A stretch of DNA of 64,000 bases from an uncultured Planctomycetota bacterium (GCA_963719315.1 CAVRBU010000013.1:83420-147419); one strand, 5' to 3'; positions 10,526 through 21,399 are shown, counted from the first letter of the stretch. Translations and numbers: made by a program. Notes: a model not told the origin generated them from the letters alone.

Positions 10526-10935
10526 AGATTTGCAAGAATTCAGTGCATTGCGATGTATGGACCGTCAGAATAAATCTGCCACATCAAAAAGCACACAAGC
10601 ACCTGAAATTCCAGGGATTCTCGAAGAATCAATGTGTCAGTTTTTTTGCGACGAGCCATACTCTGAATTCTTGCGAATTCAGCTACGGTTTTGAAACCGC
10701 TTCAAGCTTTATTGGCCACCTTTTTTGCGGGTGAGAGCGGTGGTAAGCTGCTGGTTGCCGAGCGGAAAGGATGGACCGCATCGGGCGTCGATCGAGCGAC
10801 AATTGGCAACAAGAAAGTCGTTTGCCGAATTCACTTCCGACCCTATAGAGTTGCGATCATCTCGCGGTTGACATTGTCGTCGTCCTCGCACTTAGGAAAA
10901 AAGAGACCTGCCCCCTATCATCAGGGAGGTGACCG

Positions 10936-12031
10936 ATGAATTGTTTGAATTTGCGCGTCTCGATTTGTTCAATTTTCGTCTTCGCGTTTACCGCCGGTGA
11001 GGTATGTGGGCCGGCAATCGCGACGGCGGCCATCGTAGTACCCAGCGGGACCCGCGTTTTTCTGACGGTCGACGGGCAAACGAATACTTGTCCTCCCGAT
11101 GGGAACTGCGCGGTCGCCGCCGGACCGACCGTACCGGTAATCATCCCACTCACGACGTTCACGGATCCCCGAGGCCCAAACTTCGGTTATCTCACGTCGA
11201 GCGCGGACGTAATGACAGGCAAGACGGCGCATGGAACGATTAACGCGTTATCAACGGACTTCCAATACCTGGCGATCAACGACACGTACACTGTCCATGG
11301 CATAGCCAGCGGATCGTTCCCAATCACGGTAACGCTTCATATCACGGGCTCGTACGGCTCCATACCAAACACGACGTTTGGTAACTTAATGGGTACCGAA
11401 GCTTCGCAGCTCGAAATTGGCACGTTTCATCCGGAAGCTACACTCACTCAATTTCTGATCGACCCATTCCCGCCCGATGCCCTCAACCCGATGACTTCAC
11501 AGGTCAGCCAAGTCCAGAATGCGATGGCCAGCGCGACACCACTGACCTTTCCGTGGGACGTTCAGGTGAGCCACACACAGATGGTCAGCATCAATGACGT
11601 ATTCGACATTGCATACGGAATCAGTATGAACATCTCTAGCTCTGCTCAAATGGATTTGAATCCCGGTGGCATCAACGTCATATCATTTGCCTTGCCGGAA
11701 GGTGTGTTTTTAACGTCGGCACTGGGAGCGACGTTTGGTACTCCGCCGAGCCTGGTCGGCGACTACAACAACAACGGCTCGGTCGACGCGGCCGATATGG
11801 TTGTGTGGCGCAAGAACTTAGGAACATCCACCTTACTTGCTAACGATCCTATCGGTGGCACGATCGGCCAGGGCCAGTACGATAATTGGCGCGCACCACT
11901 TCGGCGAAGCGCTTGGCAGCGGCGTGGGTGGGAGTTCGAACATCTCCGTCCCGGAACCAGCGACCTTAACCTTAGCACTGCTGATACTCGCGGCCGCTGC
12001 TTGGTGTCTCCAGCTACGCCGGGCCGCATAA
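10936..12031 (+). CDS. PEP-CTERM sorting-domain protein with dockerin-like region; frameshift near 11897
   Basis: Signal peptide; GDYNNNGSVDAADMVVWRK; shifted frame ends VPEPATLTLALLILAAAAWCLQLRR. Confidence 0.82.
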
Positions 12032-12363
12032 AAAGTACCATCAACTTCTAAACGCCTGACAATCGCCATCAAACCACCATTAGTTGACCCAATCACGACG
12101 GGTAGCGTCTGGCGCCTGGACTAGGAAAGGGGGCGGGCACCGGACTCCTGTTGTGCCCCTCCGATTGCGGCACCGCAGCAGCGATCCGGAAATTCCATGC
12201 GTTTGGTGACGCGGACCGGTAGAATTAGAGCAGCCAATATCCATCCACTGCGCTGAAAGGAGAATTGAAGCCTTGCTGACTTAGCCCGGCAGTGCTGTTT
12301 CGAATTGGGTGATCCGCCGCCATGTGCCGTGCCTGGCCACCGCTCGTTACACGAGATCGATTC

Positions 12364-13422
12364 ATGGGTCGCATATCCTCATTTGTCGTATTGTTGCCAA
12401 GTCTTGGTTTTGCAACGCTCGCCCGAGCTGAGGTGTCGGCGGCGATTCCTCCTGCGACGACCGAGCAGATTCAACGGACGATCGATCGCGCCATCCCCTA
12501 TCTGCAAACTGAAAGCGCCGCATGGTTGAACACGCGCAAGTGCGCCGCCTGCCATCACGCGGGGATGCCGTTTTGGGCGCTGAGCGAAGCCGATCGACAG
12601 GGCTACTCGATCGACAAGAAATACTTGGCCGATAAGATCGAGTCGTTGTTGGGCAGCAAAGACAAATTGCTGGCCTCGAAGATCTTTCCCAATCCGGCTG
12701 ATCCACCCGATCCGCGCCCACAGGGTCGCGGGCTTAACATGGGGCTTCCGTTCCTGGCCGTAGCTGCACAGTCGTTGCCCTCGCTGGCAGAGGGACAAAA
12801 ACAAAGCCTGAAGCTGATCACGAAGGAAATCGTCAACAAGCAACAACCAGACGGTTCGTGGGAGTTCTTTCCCACACTCAGGCGACCGCCGATTAACGAG
12901 AGCCAGACCACCGACGCCGCTTGGATCATCATGGCGCTCGAAGGGGGAACGGGACCCGACGCATCGGAATCGCAGCGCGCGGCGCTGTCGAAAGCAATCG
13001 CCTGGTTTGATGCCGCAAGGCCCTCCGACCTCCATCAAGAGAGAATCATGAAGGTGCTCTTGGGGGCTCGCTCCGGCAAGACCCGCGAAACGATGCAAGC
13101 CACGATCGACGAGTTGCTTGCACTGCAACGCGCCGATGGTGGCTGGAGCCAGACCGTCCCTGAATTGAAGAGTGATGCCTTTGCCACCGGCCAGACGTTG
13201 TATGTTTTGTCGCTCGCCGGTTATACGGCCGATCGACCCGAAATCAAGCGAGGCATAGATTTCCTGGTCGCCACTCAAACGGCAGACGGCAGTTGGTCGA
13301 TGATTTCTCGATCGACCCCCGATGGCTCGCCCGGGAGCTCGAAACTATTGACGCCAATCAACTGCGCCGCCAGTTCCTGGGCCGCGCTTGGTTTGGCGAG
13401 ACTTGCGCCGAAGGGGCCCTAA
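12364..13422 (+). CDS. Prenyltransferase/squalene-oxidase repeat protein, probably exported
   Basis: QW-type repeats QQPDGSW, LQRADGGW, TQTADGSW; CAACHH motif; alternative start 12322. Confidence 0.85.
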   Translation: MGRISSFVVLLPSLGFATLARAEVSAAIPPATTEQIQRTIDRAIPYLQTESAAWLNTRKCAACHHAGMPFWALSEADRQGYSIDKKYLADKIESLLGSKDKLLASKIFPNPADPPDPRPQGRGLNMGLPFLAVAAQSLPSLAEGQKQSLKLITKEIVNKQQPDGSWEFFPTLRRPPINESQTTDAAWIIMALEGGTGPDASESQRAALSKAIAWFDAARPSDLHQERIMKVLLGARSGKTRETMQATIDELLALQRADGGWSQTVPELKSDAFATGQTLYVLSLAGYTADRPEIKRGIDFLVATQTADGSWSMISRSTPDGSPGSSKLLTPINCAASSWAALGLARLAPKGP

Positions 13423-13653
13423 GGCGTAGTGTGCGTTAGTAGTCGCGCGAAAGGTAGGCGCCGCCAAGCCGCCGCAGCTCAGCCACGCCCAGCCCGGCTG
13501 CTCGTTCCGCGTTCCCGCTAAAGCACGCCAGCCTCAAATCCGTCGCAGTCATAGACGACGAATGAACCACACGTAGGCGAGTCTCTCCGAGACTCGCAAT
13601 CATTCGCCACGGCCGGCTTTGCCAGTGCCCGGAGGCTGTAGTAGAATTGTGAC

Positions 13654-13911
13654 ATGATCCACAATAACGATGCAATCTACGATCATGGCGTGTTTCGCCC
13701 CGTTGAGCCGCTGGCGTTGCCAGAGGGCGCGCGGGTGCATCTGCGCGTCGAAGACGAGAATGGCTGGCCGGCGGAAGCGTCCGAGAAAGTATCGGATTAC
13801 GCGGCGTGGCGACTCGCCACGCTACTTTCTGCCCTCGACCTTTCCCACAATACCGAGCCAATCGGTTCATTGAGGCGCGAAGAGCTTTATGACCGCGATG
13901 TTCTTCGTTGA
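13654..13911 (+). CDS. DUF104/AF2212-like antitoxin family protein
   Basis: AIYDHGVFRPVEPLALPEGARV N-terminus and REELYDR tail. Confidence 0.75.
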   Translation: MIHNNDAIYDHGVFRPVEPLALPEGARVHLRVEDENGWPAEASEKVSDYAAWRLATLLSALDLSHNTEPIGSLRREELYDRDVLR

Positions 13912-14995
13912 TACTAAAGACCAAATTTTGCGACCGGAGGAGTTTGAGGGCGTATTTCGCACTTTGTTCGTCAATGTCGTGGAACAATGTCGCAATTTAT
14001 ATGAGCCATTGCGACAACATCTGAAACCGCCATGGCATGATCGTGAGCTAATCATACGTATTATCGACAACAGCGAATTGAACGCCGCCGCGAGTTCCGA
14101 TTCCAGCGCCGACTACATAACGGTAAATCTCGGTGCGGTTGAGCGAATATTTGGAACAGCGTACGGGCTTCTATCTACGCCAAGTTTTCTACCCAATGTT
14201 GGTAATGCGGCGGCGGAAAACAAGCCGCAGACGCTTTTTAATGGGTTTCCTCCAATGCCGCTCGTTCGGACAAGCAGACCGCCAGCGGTCATAGCAACTC
14301 GCATTCCGAATGACCCGACTCGGCTGTTGATTGCGATGCACCTTGCAGAGCTCGCAATCGAGTTCTTACTTTTCCACGAAATTGGACATGTCGTGGGCGG
14401 GCACCTTGAGTTTATCGGGCATAACACGTTGATGGAGTTGGATTCGACAAGACATCTTCAGGGACCCTCGATGTCCCAAATTCTCGAATGCGATGCTGAT
14501 TTATTCGCATGCGATATTATGTCCGCTGTGCAAATGACAGATGAGGCGGCCGACAACGAATACAGCTTGGCACCGAATGTTCCCTGGAGCAAACGTGATT
14601 TCGCTTTGCTCACTTATTGCACAGCGTTAGGGATGCTTTTTCGGGTTTTTTACCACGGTGCATCCGTTGATGTCGCCTGCTCGAATTCCACTCATCCGCA
14701 TCCAGCAGTGCGGGCCAGCTTGGTTTGCTCGTATGCTTTCACACGAGCTATGCAACGGGACTGGACCACAGTTTCGTCACTCGGAGACATAACTGCCGCA
14801 AGCATTCGCAATATCGAGGAGGTCTGGGCGGAGTTGATACTTCCAGGCCAGTGTCCGAAGCCGCTGGAAGAATGGGTAGTCGAAGTCGCAGCACAGACCA
14901 AGGAACTTGTCGCGGCGTATCGTAGACAGGAGCATAAATTGGACGCGGTCGCGAGAATCACGCGTGTTTGGGGTTCCGGGACCGGAACGAATTAA
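13889..14995 (+). CDS. HEXXH zinc metallopeptidase, Lit/peptidase U49-like
   Basis: LNAAA, FLLFHEIGHVVGGH, ECDADLFA, THPHPAVR. Confidence 0.72.
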   Translation: MTAMFFVDTKDQILRPEEFEGVFRTLFVNVVEQCRNLYEPLRQHLKPPWHDRELIIRIIDNSELNAAASSDSSADYITVNLGAVERIFGTAYGLLSTPSFLPNVGNAAAENKPQTLFNGFPPMPLVRTSRPPAVIATRIPNDPTRLLIAMHLAELAIEFLLFHEIGHVVGGHLEFIGHNTLMELDSTRHLQGPSMSQILECDADLFACDIMSAVQMTDEAADNEYSLAPNVPWSKRDFALLTYCTALGMLFRVFYHGASVDVACSNSTHPHPAVRASLVCSYAFTRAMQRDWTTVSSLGDITAASIRNIEEVWAELILPGQCPKPLEEWVVEVAAQTKELVAAYRRQEHKLDAVARITRVWGSGTGTN

Positions 14996-16620
14996 ATTGC
15001 GCCGCTGCCGAGTTCCATTCTTCTGCGGTCCATGTCCTTTCGTAATTGGCTGCATATGCTAGCCAGCTCGTCATATTGGGTCATCGGCGTAAGCCAAGCC
15101 TCTGCGTCCGCGAGTTGACCAGTTGCGATCAGAGTCCTGATTAAGAGAATGTGCGCCGAAACGTTCGTTTCAGGGCTGCCTGCACCCGAGTTAACTATGT
15201 CGATTACAAGCGGGTTGAGCACTGCAAAATCCCGTTTCACGAGCAGTAGGTTCGCATACGTAATTCGCGAGACCGTATCCTGCGGATTTATCGATAGGGC
15301 CTTCGTGATGTGTTGCAACCCTTCAGCGAGATATTTTGACTTCACGTCTTTGGACATCGCCTTTTCATGCGATGAATCCGATTCGGCTAGGGCGCGGCAC
15401 GCTTCGGCGGCGTTTGCCATCGCCTGCCAATCCCGGGGTGAGAGAGCAATAGCCCGGCGTGATAGCGTTAGGCTTTCGTACGGGTCAACTGCCAAATACA
15501 AGTGCGCCATATTCACCAATAGCGTCGGGAAACTGCCCCTCTCCTCCGGGCACCATGGCATCAGGTCGAATGCAGTTTTTGCAACGTTCAATGCTTTTTC
15601 AAGTGCAGGGGCGTCTCTTACCGGTCCAACCGATTCGAGGTATAGCTCGGCCAAATTGATACGTGCACGAATCTACCAAGGCTGGTGTTCAAGGCACGAT
15701 AATAGGAGCATCTCCGCCCTTGTTATATCGCCCGCCTGCAAAAACGTCGTCGCCCTGTTTATCGTCCCCTCGAGGTCGAACGAGGGAGGACGCCCGAGCT
15801 CGGGAACGGCTTCGTCCGTCAGTTGCTGCAGAATGTCGGCGGCGGTTGGTCGAGCTTCGGGATTTTTTGCCAAGCACAATTTGCAGATTTTTGCGAGAGC
15901 GTTGTATCGAGAAAGAAAAGGGAACCGTGGCTGTTCGAACAGTATGCTTCTAGCCGTAGCTTCTAGCGTGTTGCGCACGAACGGGTGCTTTCGAAACAAC
16001 ATCTCGTAAAGCATGATACCTACCGCAAACACGTCACTTTTCACTGTGAGCTGGCCGGACACAAAATGCTCCGGACTCATGTAAACAATGGTGCCCGTAT
16101 GTCCAGTAACGAACGCGTGCTGCCAAAGTCCGCCGGGAGACGGCTTGCTGAGGTATTTGGACAACCCGAAATCTGAAATACGGCAGTTTCCATTCGCGTC
16201 GAGCAAGACATTGGTTGGTTTCAGGTCGCGATGCAAAATCCGGACCTGCTCGTGTAGAAATTGCAGCCCAGAAGCAATTTGCTCCAAGTACCGGCGGACA
16301 GTTGCACGCGGTAATTTTGCGGTCATCGCATCAGCTAAACTGCGCTCGCAGTAAGGCAAGATAATAAACGGAGCAGCATCAATCCACTCTATGCCGATGA
16401 CATCCATTACGTGCGGATGATGCGGCATCTTGGCAAGCGTCAGCGCCTCTTGACGAAGCTCTGCCTTCTCGTAACCCTCTTCCCATTTGAGTGTCTTAAT
16501 AGCATAGCGCTCAGCGTTTTCAGCCTCGACCACATATACTCGCCCGAATCCTCCCTTATGAACGCCGATGACGCGTAGCGATTCAGGCGAAATACTCGGA
16601 ATAAAGATGTTAGCTAGCAT
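14992..16620 (-). CDS. Ser/Thr protein kinase fused to TPR repeats, interrupted by an in-frame TAG at 15673-15675
   Basis: GGFGRVY, YAIK, HRDLKPTN, DFG, YMSPE, SDVFAVG; reads EHQPW*IRARINLAELY in frame into the TPR-like ORF 14992-15654. Confidence 0.85.
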
Positions 16621-16956
16621 TACATGCGTCCAATCGATGACCGCTTAGTCTATCATGCCATAAAAAATTGTGGCAACAACCGCAATAATGTGTTCAACAA
16701 ACCGGCCAATATCCAGGGCCTTGCCGGGCACCATTGGCTCCGCCACTGCTCTTCCCGCCAAACCCTTGCGGCCGAAATAATTGAACCCAACGATCCAGCG
16801 TTTAAAGCTGCTAACTACGGATAGCAGCGATTCGGCATCAGCCCCACCTGCCAGTCAATGGAACACTTGATCCGTGCCGATCCACAATAGACACTGACAA
16901 AAGCAAATGGCCCCCAAGGCTTGGAAAGGCCGTATCACACAAATAAGGCGCTCATC

Positions 16957-17550
16957 ATGATCGATAATGTGACACGCGAATCAATAGGTCGGCTCGCATT
17001 ATCTCGTATCGTTGCCCTTGACAAGTCTCTAAAAACGGAAGTCGGAAATATCACGGTTGATTTAGCTGATCGCGGTTTCCCAATTTCATCGATGCGAGTT
17101 GTCTCTACAAAGGCTGCGGGAGAGCGCAATCTGATTCAGCGGGCCGAACTTATTAAGGACGCCATTGTAGAAGTATGCGAATCACGAAGCATTGGACGAG
17201 CTCCGAACTTGGACGCCGTTTTGCAGGGACTGTTTGATGAAATCTATCAAGCGCAAGTTACCACCGTTTGTCATTGCGTTGAACATTCTGTTCCCGACGA
17301 GGCGAAGAAGCTTTGTCCCATCGGTGAAATACGTCCGGAAATAAGCATGCATCGTGACGAAGTAGCGCTCTTCGCCAATCGACTACCGCCAAAAGATTAT
17401 TGGGCGAATATTGTATTGTGGTTTCGCAGTCGCTGGTGGTCGGTGCCGTTCGTGGCGATGGTCGTCTGTCTGCCTCTGCTATTTCAGTGGGTCGAGATGC
17501 TAAAAGCACTATTGCGCTGGTTGGGCGCTATTGACCGAACGATTCAATAA
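16957..17550 (+). CDS. Hypothetical protein with C-terminal hydrophobic helix
   Basis: About 197-aa ORF in the AT-richer block; no recognised motif. Confidence 0.55.
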   Translation: MIDNVTRESIGRLALSRIVALDKSLKTEVGNITVDLADRGFPISSMRVVSTKAAGERNLIQRAELIKDAIVEVCESRSIGRAPNLDAVLQGLFDEIYQAQVTTVCHCVEHSVPDEAKKLCPIGEIRPEISMHRDEVALFANRLPPKDYWANIVLWFRSRWWSVPFVAMVVCLPLLFQWVEMLKALLRWLGAIDRTIQ

Positions 17551-17686
17551 TCCCGCTCGTGAAGTGCCGCCGCAATCGTAAGCCCTATCCGGTGGCCGCT
17601 TCCGGCTCCCTCTTGAGAAGATCGGCCGCTCTCAGTTGTCATTGCCAACTTGCATCTGGTCAAGTTCCCTTTCGCCGAGTCTGATT

Positions 17687-17902
17687 CTGAACAGGAGGAA
17701 ACAGAGGGAACAGAGAAGGCGAGCTGACGACAACGCCATACGTCGACCACGGATTGCACGGATGGGCACTGATGTTTTGTGATCCGTGTAATCCGTGCGA
17801 TCCGAGGTTTAATCAACACTGCAATCCTCTCTGCTTCCTCGGTTACCTCCTGTTCGAAAAGCCAAATTCTGGGAACGCTAATCTTCGCTAATAGTCGCTA
17901 AT
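17687..17902. repeat. Cluster of nested inverted low-complexity repeats
   Basis: GAACAGGAGGAAACAGAG pairs with CTCGGTTACCTCCTGTTC; CACGGATTGCACGGAT pairs with ATCCGTGTAATCCGTG; GGGAACGCTAATCTTCGCTAAT also at about 9486. Confidence 0.65.
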
Positions 17903-17993
17903 CCGGCCGATGGATCGCGCCAATAACGCTTATCTCGGTACAGGTAGCTCGTCAGGCCGAAGCGTACGGCATGCCCCGTGCCGGGAAAGGGAT

Positions 17994-18035
17994 AAAGGGT
18001 CAGAACGATTTATGGTAAAATCGTTCTGACCCCTT
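17994..18035. repeat. REP-like palindrome, family P
   Basis: AAGGGTCAGAACGATTT-ATGGTA-AAATCGTTCTGACCCCTT; relatives at 55931, 56907, 57197, 58263. Confidence 0.8.
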
Positions 18036-18097
18036 ATTCTATATTCTATATAGGCGCCACAATTGACCCGCCGGCAAAACGGCGTCTGTGGTTTTCC

Positions 18098-18958
18098 TCA
18101 GATTCGTGGCTCACGAGTGTGCCGCGACCATTCGCGGATATCGTGCGGCGTATCGTCTTCGCGGTTCATCGACGGCAGCACTTCGTGCAGCAGTTTGTCC
18201 GGGTCGCAGAGGTCGGCGATGGAGTCCACGATCATGTCCGGCTGGTAGGCGTATTTCAGCAGGTCGTCGCGCTTTGTGGAACCGGTAAGCACGAGCACGG
18301 TCCGGTAGCCCATCTGGACGCCACCCAAGATATCGGTCTCCATCGTGTCGCCGATCATGATGGTTTCGCTCGTGGCCATGCCGAGTTCCTTGCGGGCCAC
18401 GCGCATCATTACCGGGCTGGGCTTGCCCACACTGAACGCTTTGATGCCGGTGGCCACTTCGATCAACGAGACGATGGCTCCGCAACCGGGCCGCGTGCCG
18501 TGTTGGGTTGGGCAATTCGGGTCGAGATTCGTCGCGATCAGCTTTGCGCCGGCCAGTACCATTTGCACAGCGTGTTCGAGCATCTCGAAGCTCAGTGTCC
18601 GGCCCTCGCCGACGACGACATAGTCGGGCGACTTATCGACGACTGAATAACCGTTGAGGTGCAGCGCATTCAACAGCCCGCCTTCGCCGATCACGTAAGC
18701 AGTTCCTTCAGGTTTCTGCCGCGCTAGAAAGCGGGCGGTCGCCATCGCACAGGTGAAGATGTGCTGCTCGTCGACGGGCATGCCCATCCGCTGCAGCTTG
18801 GTGGCCACGTCGCGCCGCGTCCGCTGGCTGTTGTTGGTGAGAAACAGAAACGGAATTTCCCAGTCGCGCAGCATGCGGATGAAATCGACCGCGCCGGGAA
18901 TCAATTGGCTGCTGCGGTAGATAACGCCATCCATGTCGATCAAGAATCCTTTTTTCAT
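18098..18958 (-). CDS. HAD-IIA hydrolase (NagD-like)
   Basis: LIDMDGVIY, LTNNS, GKPS, MIGDTMETDILGG. Confidence 0.93.
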   Translation of the reverse strand: MKKGFLIDMDGVIYRSSQLIPGAVDFIRMLRDWEIPFLFLTNNSQRTRRDVATKLQRMGMPVDEQHIFTCAMATARFLARQKPEGTAYVIGEGGLLNALHLNGYSVVDKSPDYVVVGEGRTLSFEMLEHAVQMVLAGAKLIATNLDPNCPTQHGTRPGCGAIVSLIEVATGIKAFSVGKPSPVMMRVARKELGMATSETIMIGDTMETDILGGVQMGYRTVLVLTGSTKRDDLLKYAYQPDMIVDSIADLCDPDKLLHEVLPSMNREDDTPHDIREWSRHTREPRI

Positions 18959-19131
18959 AACAGGTCCATAAAGGGGTGGGAAGTGGGGAGTGGGGAGTGG
19001 GGAGTCTGAGACATCTACTCCGAGCTCCTTGCTCCCGGCTTCTGTGCTGCTCGATATCTTTGCCTCGGAACAGCGTGCGGTCGAAGGCAGGAGTCTAACT
19101 CGCCTGCGTTAAAAATCCGCCAAGAGAACGC

Positions 19132-20007
19132 TCAACAGGCCGCAACCGCGACCGCCGACGTCGACTCAATGATCACGTCGGCGTACAACTCGGCCTCGAC
19201 ATTGTTGCCGCGGTAGGTGGCAGTCACGGGCGCCGCATGCTGTGGATCGGCTGCGGCAGCTACCGCGATATGCCGGTCCGTCGCCGCGAGCCCATTGGTA
19301 GGATCAAAACCGCGCCATCCTGCACCGGGCAGATACACCTCGGCCCAAGCATGCAGAAAATGTTTATCCTGGGTGGCATCCGCATCGTAATAACCGCTCA
19401 CGAACCGCGCCGCCAAACCGACGGCCCGGCAGATATCGATCCACAGCACCGCCAAGTCGCGGCATGCACCCTGGCGTTGCTCGATGGTGGTCGCCGGCGA
19501 CCAGGGTGAGCCCTGTTCGCGGTGCACGCGTTTGAAGCGATGGCAAACCGTTTCCGTCAGGCGCGCGAGAAAAGGGACGACTTCACCGCGCGAAGCCTCG
19601 CGTAACTGCTCCGCTAATTCCTGGGCCGGATCGACATGAATGGGCACGGCGGATCGGCGCAGCGCCGGGGCGAGTAACGAAGCTTCCCACGGCTGATAGG
19701 CAATCGGCAGTCGCCCGATATCGGGCGTGACCAAGTAGTCATACGGGTTCTCGCGGACCGTTTCGACTTCCGAAATAGCCCGCAACACCATGCGATCGTG
19801 CAACTGGTCAAACCAAGCCACGGTCATCAGGTTTCCCTGGGCGTCGAGCGCCTGGGTCGTGCCGGCCGGGGTCGGCTCGATCTGCAAATCGAATCGCACG
19901 ACCCGCTGCGAACCATCGCTCCGCGGACAGAATCGGAGTTGGTGGGGTTCGAAGAAAACGGGTCTCGTGAAGCGGTACTCGGTTGTGTGGTCAATCGTGA
20001 AGAGCAT
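19132..20007 (-). CDS. Transglutaminase-family protein (Bact_transglu_N plus core)
   Basis: IDHTTEYRF, GACRDLA, ARFVSGY, HAWAEVYLPGAGWRGFDPTN. Confidence 0.93.
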   Translation of the reverse strand: MLFTIDHTTEYRFTRPVFFEPHQLRFCPRSDGSQRVVRFDLQIEPTPAGTTQALDAQGNLMTVAWFDQLHDRMVLRAISEVETVRENPYDYLVTPDIGRLPIAYQPWEASLLAPALRRSAVPIHVDPAQELAEQLREASRGEVVPFLARLTETVCHRFKRVHREQGSPWSPATTIEQRQGACRDLAVLWIDICRAVGLAARFVSGYYDADATQDKHFLHAWAEVYLPGAGWRGFDPTNGLAATDRHIAVAAAADPQHAAPVTATYRGNNVEAELYADVIIESTSAVAVAAC

Positions 20008-20106
20008 ACAGTTTTTGAGTCCTCCGTTACCCGCCTGAAACAAGTATTCGTTGATTTTTGATCGTTGGCTGAATTCTTCTTCCAATAACAACAACTAACC
20101 AAAAGT

Positions 20107-20289
20107 GTAACAGTTTAGCCGATTGAAGGGGCTTCTCGCTTTACGGCTCAAGCCATCGCCGCGAGAAGCCCTGTAAACAGGGCTTGGTGCTGCTCCGTGG
20201 GCTCTCACCAACCCGTCGTCAACGACGGGCCTAATACCACCTTCGGTAGAAAGAGCCGTGAACGGCTCTGCCATCCGTTAAACTGTTAC
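20107..20289. mobile_element. MITE-like element, family M1, short copy
   Basis: GTAACAGTTTAGCCGATTG ... CCGTTAAACTGTTAC; body homologous to 10235-10525. Confidence 0.75.
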
Positions 20290-20368
20290 GCAAACGTTTA
20301 TTCGTGAAATCTGTGTGATCCGTGGTCATCTACTTCATGCGGCTAAACTGATACATACCAACTAACAA

Positions 20369-21340
20369 CTATCGAACGGCCCCCGCTGCCTCGAATGGCC
20401 GCATCGCGAAAAACGAATCGTGGATCGACTCGCCGATCGAGTTCAGCCGGTTCTGCAAATTATCCACAAACTCGTGCAGGCCGCCGGAGATCACATCTTC
20501 GGCGTGCGTGTACGCGAGTTCGGCCCGCAGTTGGCCCAAGCGGCGCTCCGCCAAGTTGCTATAGCTGCCGGTGAAAGTGCCGGAAATTGCGTGGAGCGAT
20601 TCATTGGCCCGCGTCAAGCAGTGGAGCACCGCCCGCGGAAACTCCCGGTCGAGCACCAGGAAGTTCACCACTTTTACCGGCGAGATCCCTCCATGCCGCT
20701 GCCGATACATTTCCAGAGCACTGGCGGATCGCAACAGCGCGAGCCATTGAATGTCGTCGAACGGGGTGCCCACGTCGGTCACCTTGGGGAGCAGGATAAA
20801 ATACTTCACATCGAGGATGCGCGACGTTTTATCCGCCCGCTCTAGCATCCGGCCGAGTTGGCAGAAGTGCCAGGCTTCGCCGTGCGTCATCGTGGCGTCG
20901 GTTACGCCTAAGAACTGCTGGCCCGATACGCTTACCCGCTCGAAGAACGCGTAGGGGTTGTCGAGGATTACTTCCAGCGAGCCCCCGTCGCGGATCGAGA
21001 TGTAGAACTTGTTGATGTGCTCCCACATTTCGGCCGAGATGATCTCTCGCACGCCGCGGGCGTTCTCCCGCGCACTCCGCAGGCAAGACAGAATCGAATT
21101 CGGGTTCTCCTTGTCGAATGTGAGAAACTGGACGACGCTTTCTTTGGTAGTCGTGTTGACGCGGGTTTGGTACTGGGCGTCGTCGCCCGTAATCACCACC
21201 AGCGGCCACCACTGTTGCCCCGCTTCGCCCGGCATATCGAGACTCAAGTTGAGATTCACCGAAATGAATCGCGCAACATTTTCGGCCCGCTCCACATAGC
21301 GGCTCATCCAGTAGATCGAATTGGCAACGCGGCTTAGCAT
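20369..21340 (-). CDS. Alpha-E domain protein (DUF403)
   Basis: MLSRVANSIYWMSRYVERAEN, ARENAR, GRMLERADKTSRILDVKY, FPRAV. Confidence 0.94.
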   Translation of the reverse strand: MLSRVANSIYWMSRYVERAENVARFISVNLNLSLDMPGEAGQQWWPLVVITGDDAQYQTRVNTTTKESVVQFLTFDKENPNSILSCLRSARENARGVREIISAEMWEHINKFYISIRDGGSLEVILDNPYAFFERVSVSGQQFLGVTDATMTHGEAWHFCQLGRMLERADKTSRILDVKYFILLPKVTDVGTPFDDIQWLALLRSASALEMYRQRHGGISPVKVVNFLVLDREFPRAVLHCLTRANESLHAISGTFTGSYSNLAERRLGQLRAELAYTHAEDVISGGLHEFVDNLQNRLNSIGESIHDSFFAMRPFEAAGAVR

Positions 21341-21399
21341 AGTTGTGAGGAGCGAGGGGCGAGGAGCGAGAAGTTCTAAAAACTCTCGCTCCTCGCAAC

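Noticed and set aside
10708..10721. 14-bp match TTTATTGGCCACCT to 39015-39028 at the end of the non-coding unit
   Set aside because: A single short match without further homology; cannot be called an att core
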